Shown: in pieces, positions 22,293 to 29,574 of the stretch
Layout: each line of letters begins with the position of its first letter
Position numbering within the stretch: position 1 is the first letter of the stretch
Assembly (NCBI GenBank): GCA_050258195.1
Contig: JBLMYI010000052.1
Span: forward strand, 1-45,150
Direction: 5' to 3'
DNA from: Actinomycetota bacterium
GTDB lineage: Bacteria > Desulfobacterota > Deferrimicrobia > Deferrimicrobiales > Deferrimicrobiaceae
DNA length: 45,150 nucleotides
Notes under the pieces: model-generated
What the model was told of the DNA's origin: nothing
The model's database searches: none
Seen by the model: the letters and a program-made list of their open reading frames with translations, nothing else
Made by a program: the position numbers and the translations under genes

Positions 22293-24383
22293 TCACCCCG
22301 GGTAGACCGTCACACGGTCGCGGCCCCGCTGCTTGGAGAGGTAGAGCGCCTCGTCGGCCCGCTTCAGGAGCTCCTCGACCGCGTTGCCGTGTTGAGGAGC
22401 GCACGCGACGCCGAAGGAAGCGGTGACGGCGACTTCCTTCCCCGCGTGGGTGAAGCGGACCTGGCGGATCATCCGGCGAAACCTCTCGGCCCCCTCCCTG
22501 GCCCTCTCGGTATCCGCCAAGTGGAGATAGAGCACGAACTCCTCCCCCCCGTACCTCCCCGCCGTGTCGCCCTTGCGGACGCCCTTGCCGAGGACCGACG
22601 CCACGCCCCGGAGCACCTCGTCGCCGAATGGGTGTCCGTACTTGTCGTTGACCCCCTTGAAGTGGTCGATATCCAGCATCACGAGGCCGCAAGGGTGCCG
22701 GCCGTCGAGCCGTGCGAGATCCTGCTCCAGCCGCTCGAGGAACGCCTTCCGGTTCGACAGCCCGGTCAACCCGTCCGTTGTCGCCTTTTTCGTTAGGGAT
22801 TCGAGCCGTTCGACGTGGGAAAGCCCGAGCTGCATGACCTTCGTTATGTCGCGCGCGATCTCCGCGTGATGTTTCTGGAATCGTTTCTCCTGTGGGTGGG
22901 CGCAGACCAGCGCGCCCCGAAACCCAACCCTGCCTTCGACCGGGAGGACCATGAACGACCGCTCCCCCGCCCTTTCCCACGATTCCGGAAGCACGCCCTG
23001 GCTCCGCGGGGGGCCGGGGGTACCCGGAAAGATCCGCTGCGTCCCGGTTCGGATCACCCACCCGGCGTAGCTGTCCCCGAGCGGTTCGAATCCCTCCGGC
23101 CCCGGCCCGCAACCGTCCGGCGAAACCGTCCAGGCGACGCGGCCGATCCCGGGATTCCCCCCGGATTCGATGAGAAGGACCCTGTCCGCGTCGACCTGAC
23201 GGCGGACCTGTTCCGTGGTCTCCGCGTAAACCATATTTCGCCTGGAACGGATGCCGTCGACCGGTTCCGGATCCCCTTCCGTCCCCACCTCCGCCATCTT
23301 CCGGACCATCTTCTGGTACCACTCCCCGCGTAGAAAGTATCGATCCCCCTGGTGCAGTTCCCGCATCCGGCCGATATCGCGCCCCACGAAATGGCCCGCG
23401 AGCTCCATCGCCGGAATTACGGGTTCCCGCCACGGGCCCTCCTCGTCGCGGATCGCGAGGAGAACGCCTTCGACCACCCCCTCCCTGAAGACCGGGACGG
23501 CGGCGACCCCTGCGGGGGCGCTCCCCCGCCCGCTTTTCCAGGGTGCGTACCGCCTTGCACCCGGGCCGACCTCCAGGAACGGTTTCCTGAAAACGGTCGC
23601 CTCCCGAACGGGGACATACGTGTCGGGAAGGGAGATCTCCCGGAAGACCGTCGAGCCGCGGCTCAACAGGATCCCCTCGTGGAGAACCGATCCAGGCGAT
23701 ACGGACCGGGAGATGTAGGCCACGTCGGAAGCGCCGGTCAGCCCCAGCAGGCGATCCAGCGCCTCCCGGGTTCCTTCTTTCAGCTCCTCTCCCCTCCGGA
23801 GCAGGCTCGATTCCTCGGTCATTTCCCCGCCTGCGGGAAGACCGCCGTTTCCCGAATCCTCCCACGGGAGAACCAGCGTCCTGCTACGGGCGATCGTCTC
23901 CCGCACGTCGTTCCCCCCCTGTCGTTCCTTCCGATGCCATCGGCGCACGGCGGCGCCCGCTCCTCCCGCGGTCAGCGCCATCGCGGAAGTGTAGAGGATC
24001 CCTTGTCCGATCGGCCCCGGCACCGCGGCCAGCCACGCGTCCGCGCACAGGATGGCCGGAATGGAGACCGTCGCTGGAAACTTCAGGGCGAGGCCGAAGA
24101 AGAGGGCCGCCGGGACGACGCCGGTCCGGGATACCGGCGGGACGAAGGCGTGGATCTCCATGGCCGCGGCGCCTCCCCACGCGAGAAGGGGGAGGAGGTC
24201 GGGGACGCGGTCGTCCCGTTTTCGCGCGAGAAGGTACGCGACGAGAAAGTACGCGGCGGCAAGCGGTCCGATCGAGGCGGCGAGGAGGAAAGGAATTCCT
24301 CCCGGGATTCTCTCCTGAAGGAGGTAAAGGAGAAGAAGGTACGCCGGGGCGGAAATCGCGGCGGCGTGGCGGGAGAGCTTCAA
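22293..24383 (-). CDS. Membrane-bound diguanylate cyclase (TM region, GAF-like region, GGDEF)
   Basis: Several N-terminal hydrophobic helices. C-terminal TDGLTGLSNR, DIDHFKGVNDKYGH, and an RKGD I-site before RYGGEEF. TTG start is uncertain. Confidence 0.88.
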   Translation of the reverse strand: MKLSRHAAAISAPAYLLLLYLLQERIPGGIPFLLAASIGPLAAAYFLVAYLLARKRDDRVPDLLPLLAWGGAAAMEIHAFVPPVSRTGVVPAALFFGLALKFPATVSIPAILCADAWLAAVPGPIGQGILYTSAMALTAGGAGAAVRRWHRKERQGGNDVRETIARSRTLVLPWEDSGNGGLPAGGEMTEESSLLRRGEELKEGTREALDRLLGLTGASDVAYISRSVSPGSVLHEGILLSRGSTVFREISLPDTYVPVREATVFRKPFLEVGPGARRYAPWKSGRGSAPAGVAAVPVFREGVVEGVLLAIRDEEGPWREPVIPAMELAGHFVGRDIGRMRELHQGDRYFLRGEWYQKMVRKMAEVGTEGDPEPVDGIRSRRNMVYAETTEQVRRQVDADRVLLIESGGNPGIGRVAWTVSPDGCGPGPEGFEPLGDSYAGWVIRTGTQRIFPGTPGPPRSQGVLPESWERAGERSFMVLPVEGRVGFRGALVCAHPQEKRFQKHHAEIARDITKVMQLGLSHVERLESLTKKATTDGLTGLSNRKAFLERLEQDLARLDGRHPCGLVMLDIDHFKGVNDKYGHPFGDEVLRGVASVLGKGVRKGDTAGRYGGEEFVLYLHLADTERAREGAERFRRMIRQVRFTHAGKEVAVTASFGVACAPQHGNAVEELLKRADEALYLSKQRGRDRVTVYPG

Positions 24384-24492
24384 CGAAGAGCAACCGGAGT
24401 GCCGGTTTGTGGGTTGTGGGCAGGGGGATCAGGGGAAGAGTATCCCCCACTTCGGATCCATCGGTGGCTGGTGTCGCGGGATAACGGAAACA

Positions 24493-24873
24493 CTAGGGGC
24501 GATTTTGGCCGGGCTTGGGGGAAGATTGCGGGCGGGGGTCCTGCCGCGAGGGTACGACGATGACGTTCTCCCCCTGCTTGATGAGGCCGAGCCTGCGGGC
24601 CTCCTGCTCGATGACCGACGGGTTGCCGCGAAGATCCTCGACAGTGCGCTTCAGCAGCGCGTTCTCCTGTCGAAGCTTGTCGACCTCACCCCTGAGCTGG
24701 CGCTCCGTGCTGCGGAGCCGCCAGATGTCCACGACCCCCATGTCGCGGAACAGGGAGATGAAGACCGCCGCGATCACCAGGGCCGCCGCGATGAACAGGG
24801 GAAGGCGGCGCTTTTTCCGGTTCGGGTCCCTCAAAGGGACCGTCATGTCGGTCAGGCTCTTGTTTCGTCGCAT
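24493..24873 (-). CDS. ftsB: Septum formation initiator FtsB/DivIC family
   Basis: Basic N-terminus, TM helix, coiled coil, IEQEARRLGLIKQGE. Start is at 24873 or 24846. Confidence 0.85.
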   Translation of the reverse strand: MRRNKSLTDMTVPLRDPNRKKRRLPLFIAAALVIAAVFISLFRDMGVVDIWRLRSTERQLRGEVDKLRQENALLKRTVEDLRGNPSVIEQEARRLGLIKQGENVIVVPSRQDPRPQSSPKPGQNRP

Positions 24874-24885
24874 GGTCGGGTGAAT

Positions 24886-24891
24886 ATCATA
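24886..24891 (-). promoter_or_regulatory. Candidate -10 element upstream of ftsB
   Basis: TATGAT in an AT-rich intergenic gap. No convincing -35 element. Confidence 0.3.
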
Positions 24892-24919
24892 TCCGAAAAT
24901 GCCGGCTTCGTTCGATCAT

Positions 24920-26173
24920 CTAAAAATTCACCGCCACGGTCCCGCCCGAGGATCCGCCGGAACCGCCGCCCCCTCCTCCGCCGCCGATGGCGGCGGCCAC
25001 ACCCGCGATCAGGAGAACGCCCCAGAACCAGGGGCTCTTGTACCATGCCCTCTCCTGCCGTTCCGCTCTCGGCCACCCGTCCGCCGCGAGGGTGTCGGCG
25101 ACCCATTTCCCCGAGATCCTGGAGCCCTTCCCCCCGCCGGGAAACGACGTTTCCCCCAGGAGCGCCGGATCCTGGCCCGCCGGTCTGCCGGCGTAGAGCC
25201 GGGCGCGCAGCCTTTCGCCGGCCGGCTCCTTTTCCAGCATCAGGATCGCCACCCGCGAGGTTCCCGCCGCCGCCGAGAGTTCCCCGACCAGAGGGCCTGC
25301 GCCTCCGCCCTTTCCACGCGCGGCGCCAGCAAGAAGCTCCCCGAGACGGGCGACCCGGTCGCCGGGGAGGGAGAAACGCAATCTCTCCGTGTCTCCCGGA
25401 AGCCATTGTCCCGTCGTTTCCGCGTCCCGGTACCCCGGGTGGGAGACGCGGATCCGGACCGGCGCGATGTTCTTCATTCGAACCCTGGCCGGCGTGACTC
25501 CCCGCCGCTCCCCGTCGACGAAGATCGCCGCGCCGGAAGGGAGCGATTCGATCAGGAGTTCCGCCTCGGGGAGGGGGCGGCGCCCGCCCGCTTCCCAAGC
25601 GGCAAGCATCTGCGGGGGGAACAGGGCGGGGTCCGGGGAGAAGCCCGGACGCAACGCCCGTACGCGGGAGAAGAGCGTCTCGGCGTCGGACATCTTCCCT
25701 TCCCAGAGGCGGAGGATCCCGCGCCGCAGAAAGATCTCCGCGAGGAACGGTCGCGTCGCCTCCGTGAACCGGTACGACCGCGACTCCCTCTCCGCTTCAT
25801 CGAGAAGACGCTCCGCGGCCGCGCTCTCCACCCTGTCCATCAATTCGGAGGCGCGCGACACCTTCGAGGCGATCCGTCGCAAGGCCGCGTCGTCGGGAAC
25901 CGGGAGGACCCCGGCCGCCGGATCCTTCGCCGAAGGCTCCAACGGGACGGGGAGCCATCGGATCCGGAGCTCCTTCGCGACGATCGCCGGGATCGGGTCG
26001 AGAACAGCGCGGGCCGAAGGGTCGGGCAGATCCGGCGCGGCGTATTTCAGGAGCAGCGCGGGTTCCGTCGACACCGCGTCCTCCGCGAAGGCGACCGTGG
26101 GCGCCGACCGCCACAGCAGCGTCCCGCAAAGGAGAAGCGCGACGGCCCTACGTCGGCTTGACGTAGATTTCAT
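24920..26173 (-). CDS. Secreted PEGA-domain protein with a helical (TPR-like) region and a C-terminal Trp-rich TM / Gly-rich tail
   Basis: Signal peptide ending AFA, PEGA-like LLIESLPSGAAIFVDGERRGVTP...SHPGY, C-terminus WYKSPWFWGVLLIAGVAAAI-G8-SGGSSGG-TVAVNF. Confidence 0.75.
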   Translation of the reverse strand: MKSTSSRRRAVALLLCGTLLWRSAPTVAFAEDAVSTEPALLLKYAAPDLPDPSARAVLDPIPAIVAKELRIRWLPVPLEPSAKDPAAGVLPVPDDAALRRIASKVSRASELMDRVESAAAERLLDEAERESRSYRFTEATRPFLAEIFLRRGILRLWEGKMSDAETLFSRVRALRPGFSPDPALFPPQMLAAWEAGGRRPLPEAELLIESLPSGAAIFVDGERRGVTPARVRMKNIAPVRIRVSHPGYRDAETTGQWLPGDTERLRFSLPGDRVARLGELLAGAARGKGGGAGPLVGELSAAAGTSRVAILMLEKEPAGERLRARLYAGRPAGQDPALLGETSFPGGGKGSRISGKWVADTLAADGWPRAERQERAWYKSPWFWGVLLIAGVAAAIGGGGGGGGSGGSSGGTVAVNF

Positions 26174-26795
26174 CCGTGATGTCCCGGTCGACGGCGACCG
26201 TCGTCTGCCCGATCTCGAGCACGAAGGAGGGATTCCGCTGCAGAAGGCGAACCCGGCTTCCCGGGACGATCCCGAGGGCGGAGAGCTTCTCCAGCCGCTT
26301 CCTCGACCGCGGGGTGATGAAGACGATCCGCACCGTGGCCCCGAGGGACGCCTCGGTCATGCGCATGACGAGGGGGCGGATCTCCGTCCGGATCCGGTCG
26401 CAGCACTCCCCTCTCGGGATCGGGCGGCCGTGCGGGCAGGAGGGGGGGTGACCGAGAAAGGTGCAGACGCTCTCGACCACGGGCTCGGAGAGGATGTGCT
26501 CGAACTGGCAGGCGCTGTTTTCCATCTGCGTGTCATCCAGATCGAACAGATTCTGCAATAGCACTTCCGCGAGGCGGTGACGCCGGATGATCCCCCGGGC
26601 ACGGTTCTCGCCGCTCTTCGTGAGGAGGACCTCTTCCCCTGAGGCGTCGACCATGCCGCCCTCGACCAGCTCCTCGAGCAGGCGCTCCGGGCCCTGCTCC
26701 GCTGTGGAGCGAAGAACCTCCGCGCGATTCGCTTTCCGATCCTCCCGAAGCGTCCACAGAAGCTCGAGGATCTCGTCCTGGCCCTGTTCGGTCAT
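26148..26795 (-). CDS. DtxR/MntR-family metal-dependent regulator fused to a C-terminal FeoA (SH3-like) domain
   Basis: RRHRLAE, ACQFEH, LGHPPSCPHGRPIP, then FeoA-like LSALGIVPGSRV...IYV. ATGA overlap with the upstream mini-gene. Confidence 0.88.
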   Translation of the reverse strand: MTEQGQDEILELLWTLREDRKANRAEVLRSTAEQGPERLLEELVEGGMVDASGEEVLLTKSGENRARGIIRRHRLAEVLLQNLFDLDDTQMENSACQFEHILSEPVVESVCTFLGHPPSCPHGRPIPRGECCDRIRTEIRPLVMRMTEASLGATVRIVFITPRSRKRLEKLSALGIVPGSRVRLLQRNPSFVLEIGQTTVAVDRDITDEIYVKPT

Positions 26796-26980
26796 TTCCG
26801 GATTCCTTTCGTGAACAAACCCTTCACGAAGTTCACCACCTTCGACTCGGGCATGGGGAAAGAGTAACCGCATCGCGGACAACAGACAAGCGTGCATCCT
26901 TTTCCCATGGGGCACCCGGAGCGGCAGGCGTGATCCGTGGCGTCGATCTCAAACTGGCACAGCGGGCATCGGATCTTCAC
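26792..26980 (-). CDS. Small Cys-rich protein (62 aa, 8 Cys), putative metal/Fe-S binding, feoB-associated
   Basis: VKIRCPLCQFEIDATDHACRSGCPMGKGCTLVCCPRCGYSFPMPESKVVNFVKGLFTKGIRK fills the feoB-dtxR gap, and its TGA overlaps the dtxR ATG. Start is GTG 26980 or TTG 27001 (TTGA overlap with feoB). Confidence 0.8.
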   Translation of the reverse strand: MKIRCPLCQFEIDATDHACRSGCPMGKGCTLVCCPRCGYSFPMPESKVVNFVKGLFTKGIRK

Positions 26981-26997
26981 GCCGTTCACCACCCGTG

Positions 26998-28968
26998 TCA
27001 AAACGTGATCCCCGCCCAGCGCGCGAAGAAGTTCACGCCAGCTCCGACCAGCACGGCGAACGGGAAGATGAACAGGGACATCCCGATCGCCACCTTCGCT
27101 CCGTGCTCCTTGACGATCACGAGCAGGTTCGCGAGACACGGCATGAAAAGCGTCATCGTGACCAGGCTCACCACCACCTGGAGGTGTGTGAGCGTCCCGC
27201 CCTTTGCCATGCTGTACAGCCCCGCCGCCCCGTAGTCCCGGCGCAGGAAGCCGATCAGGAACGCCTCCGTCGCCTTCGGGGGCAGGTTCAGCAGATGGAC
27301 GACCACCGGTTCCGCCGCGGCCTGGATCTTCAGCAGCCAACCCAGCCGGTCGAAGGTGAAGAGAACGAGTGTTCCGACGAGGAAAAGGGGAACCGCCTCC
27401 CGCAGGTACCATTCGATCCGGGCCATCGTCTTTACGGCGAGGTTCCCCACCTGGGGCCAGCGGATGGGGGGAATCTCGAGGATGAAGTCCGACGACTCCC
27501 CCGGGATCACCTTCGAAGCGAGGAAGCCGACGGCGAGGATGACCCCCGCCATCAGGCCGGCCCACGTGATCGTGGCGACCGGACCGACGTCCGACAGCAT
27601 CCCGAGGATCACCCCCAGCTGCGCCGAGCACGGGATCCCCAGCGCCAGCAGCAGCGTGATGATCACCCTCTCCCTGCGCGTCTCGAGGATCCGGGTGGTC
27701 AAGGTCGCCATCGTGTCGCACCCCAGACCGAGGATCATCGGAAGCACCGCCTTCCCGTTGCAGCCGATCTTCTTGAAGAGACGGTCCACCATCACCGCAA
27801 GCCGGGGCAGGTACCCGGAGTCCTCCAGGATCCCGAACCCAAGGAAGAAGGTGCCCACGATCGGCAGGACGATCGCGACGGCGTACGAGAGGGCCATGGA
27901 GATCATCCCGTACGGCCCCACCAGGAAGTCCCGCAGGAACGGCCAGGGGACGAACCGGTCCAGCATCGCCGCGACGAAGGGGATGACCCAGCCTTCGAAG
28001 AGCGACTTCTGCAGGAAGTCGACGAGGGTGCCCGCGCCGAACACCCCGACGAAGCCGTAGGCGAGGGCCAGGACCCCGAACAGGATGGGGATTCCGTAAA
28101 CGGGGTCCATGGCGTACCGGCCGAACGCCTGCGCGACCTTTTTCGAGGAAGGGGCAGACGCCTCGACCCCGAGCTCGTTGAGCAGCCGATCGATCCAGGA
28201 CAGCCGCGCACGGTTCACGCGGGAGACGATCTCCTCCCCCGACTCCTCGATGAGCCGGTTCCGCACGTCGTTCATCTCCCGGATCCGTGCGGCGGAGACG
28301 TTCTCCGACAGCCACGGGGAGAGGGAGTCGTCCCCGCACAGCAGCATGATGGACAGCGCCCTCTTCCCGATCGTCGTCTGCGGCGGGAGCAGAGCTTCCA
28401 TCCGGTGGACGGCCGTTTCGATCCCGTTTCCGTAGTCCACCCGGACCGAGGACGGGGAGGGCCGCTCGAGGAGAGGAAGGAGGCGATCCGTCCCCTTCTT
28501 CCGTACCGCCACCGTGGCGAGCACCGGGACCCCGAGGCGCTCTTCGAGGGTCTCCAGCCGGGGCATCACCCCCCGCTCCCGGGCTTCGTCCGCCATGTTG
28601 ACGGCGAGAACGAGCGGAACCTCCATCTCGGCGAGCTGCGCGGTGATCATCAGGGAGCGGCGCATGTTCTTGGCGTCGCACACCTGCAGGACCCGCGCGC
28701 CGGGTTCCCGCATCAGGATATCCCGCGTGACCCGCTCGTCTTCGGACATGGGAAGCAGGGAGTACACCCCGGGGGTGTCGATCACCTCGAGGGCCGTTCC
28801 CCGGTCCCGCGCCTCGCCCCGGGTGATCTCCACCGTCGTTCCGGGGTAGTTCGACACGTTCACGTACCGGCCGGTGAGGGCCCCGAACACGACGCTCTTC
28901 CCTACGTTGGGGTTTCCCACCAGGATCACGGCGCCCAGCGGTTTCATGGAGACCTGCGCGAGGTTCAT
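26998..28968 (-). CDS. feoB: Ferrous iron transporter FeoB
   Basis: G1 GNPNVGKS, NYPGTTVE, DTPG, NMAD, LEDSGYLPR, gate cysteines LGCD / IPCSAQ / MPCLA. ATGA overlap with the fur stop. Confidence 0.96.
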   Translation of the reverse strand: MNLAQVSMKPLGAVILVGNPNVGKSVVFGALTGRYVNVSNYPGTTVEITRGEARDRGTALEVIDTPGVYSLLPMSEDERVTRDILMREPGARVLQVCDAKNMRRSLMITAQLAEMEVPLVLAVNMADEARERGVMPRLETLEERLGVPVLATVAVRKKGTDRLLPLLERPSPSSVRVDYGNGIETAVHRMEALLPPQTTIGKRALSIMLLCGDDSLSPWLSENVSAARIREMNDVRNRLIEESGEEIVSRVNRARLSWIDRLLNELGVEASAPSSKKVAQAFGRYAMDPVYGIPILFGVLALAYGFVGVFGAGTLVDFLQKSLFEGWVIPFVAAMLDRFVPWPFLRDFLVGPYGMISMALSYAVAIVLPIVGTFFLGFGILEDSGYLPRLAVMVDRLFKKIGCNGKAVLPMILGLGCDTMATLTTRILETRRERVIITLLLALGIPCSAQLGVILGMLSDVGPVATITWAGLMAGVILAVGFLASKVIPGESSDFILEIPPIRWPQVGNLAVKTMARIEWYLREAVPLFLVGTLVLFTFDRLGWLLKIQAAAEPVVVHLLNLPPKATEAFLIGFLRRDYGAAGLYSMAKGGTLTHLQVVVSLVTMTLFMPCLANLLVIVKEHGAKVAIGMSLFIFPFAVLVGAGVNFFARWAGITF

Positions 28969-29414
28969 CGAGAGGGCTTCGGGGATCCGCCGGACGCGCA
29001 TTTCCTGCAGAATCCGTAGATTTCGAGGCGGTGGGCCGTCGGACGGAACCCGTGCCGGCGGGTCACGAGATCCTGGAGATTCTCGATCTCCCTGTCCTCG
29101 AACTCGATGACCGTTCCGCATTGCCGGCAGACGAGATGGTCGTGGTGCGGAGAGAGGTTGCTCTCGTAGCGTCGCGCCCCCTCCCCGAAATCGAGCTCCT
29201 TCGCGTATCCGAGCCGTTCGAGGAGCTTCAGCGTCCGATACACGGTTACCGCGCCGATCCCGGGGGCGGACTCACGGACGGAGCGCGTCAGGTCCTCGAT
29301 CGTCACGTGCTCCCTTGCCCGGAAGAAACCTTCGATGACGACCGCGCGGCTCCGGCTCCTCTTGCCTCCGGCGGCCTGTATCTCCCGGTCGATCCGTTCT
29401 AGGAGCCGTTTCAA
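28965..29414 (-). CDS. fur: Ferric uptake regulator (Fur family)
   Basis: Motifs HVTIEDL, TVYRTLKLL, RYE, HHDHLVCRQCG, HRLEIYGFCRKC. Probable TTG start at 29414 after GGAGGG. The track's start at 29486 coincides with the -35 box. Confidence 0.9.
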   Translation of the reverse strand: MKRLLERIDREIQAAGGKRSRSRAVVIEGFFRAREHVTIEDLTRSVRESAPGIGAVTVYRTLKLLERLGYAKELDFGEGARRYESNLSPHHDHLVCRQCGTVIEFEDREIENLQDLVTRRHGFRPTAHRLEIYGFCRKCASGGSPKPSR

Positions 29415-29442
29415 CGGGCGGAGCGCCCTCCATTCCTGATCA

Positions 29443-29457
29443 TGAAATTCAATTTCA
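29443..29457. promoter_or_regulatory. Fur-box-like operator (perfect 7-1-7 inverted repeat)
   Basis: TGAAATT-C-AATTTCA overlaps the -10 element and expected +1 of the fur-feoB promoter. It resembles the 7-1-7 Fur core TGATAAT-N-ATTATCA. Confidence 0.82.
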
Positions 29458-29486
29458 ATATATCCCGGGGCCCCCGCCCCCGTCAA
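29457..29486 (-). promoter_or_regulatory. Sigma70-type promoter of the fur-feoB unit
   Basis: TTGACG-N18-TATATT immediately downstream of the rplQ terminator. Confidence 0.72.
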
Positions 29487-29516
29487 GCGGAACCTCCCGG
29501 CAGCGACGTGCGATCG

Positions 29517-29545
29517 AAAGAAAAACGGCCCCGAGGGGCCGTTTT
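29517..29545 (-). terminator. Intrinsic terminator of the ribosomal cluster
   Basis: mRNA AAAACGGCCC-cucg-GGGCCGUUUUUCUUU, about 30 nt after the rplQ stop. Confidence 0.9.
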
Positions 29546-29574
29546 CTCCTATCCGATCCGTTCGGGAAGCGTTC

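Noticed and set aside
24384-24492. Possible c-di-GMP riboswitch or tRNA upstream of the GGDEF gene
   Set aside because: No GEMM features (GNRA loop with receptor, GGCAAA...GACGCAAA) and no cloverleaf or T-loop. Only generic stems are present.
26792-28681. 629-aa minus-strand ORF overlapping feoB
   Set aside because: An Arg/Gly/Pro-rich off-frame shadow of feoB. Only its last 62-69 codons, past the feoB stop, look like a real gene.
20428-29019. Very long plus-strand ORFs (for example 20428-22305, 625 aa; 26995-29019, 674 aa; also 9739-11700, 5086-6768, 33989-35578)
   Set aside because: They lie antisense to well-conserved genes, have no recognisable motifs, and are expected from stop-codon scarcity in high-GC coding DNA.
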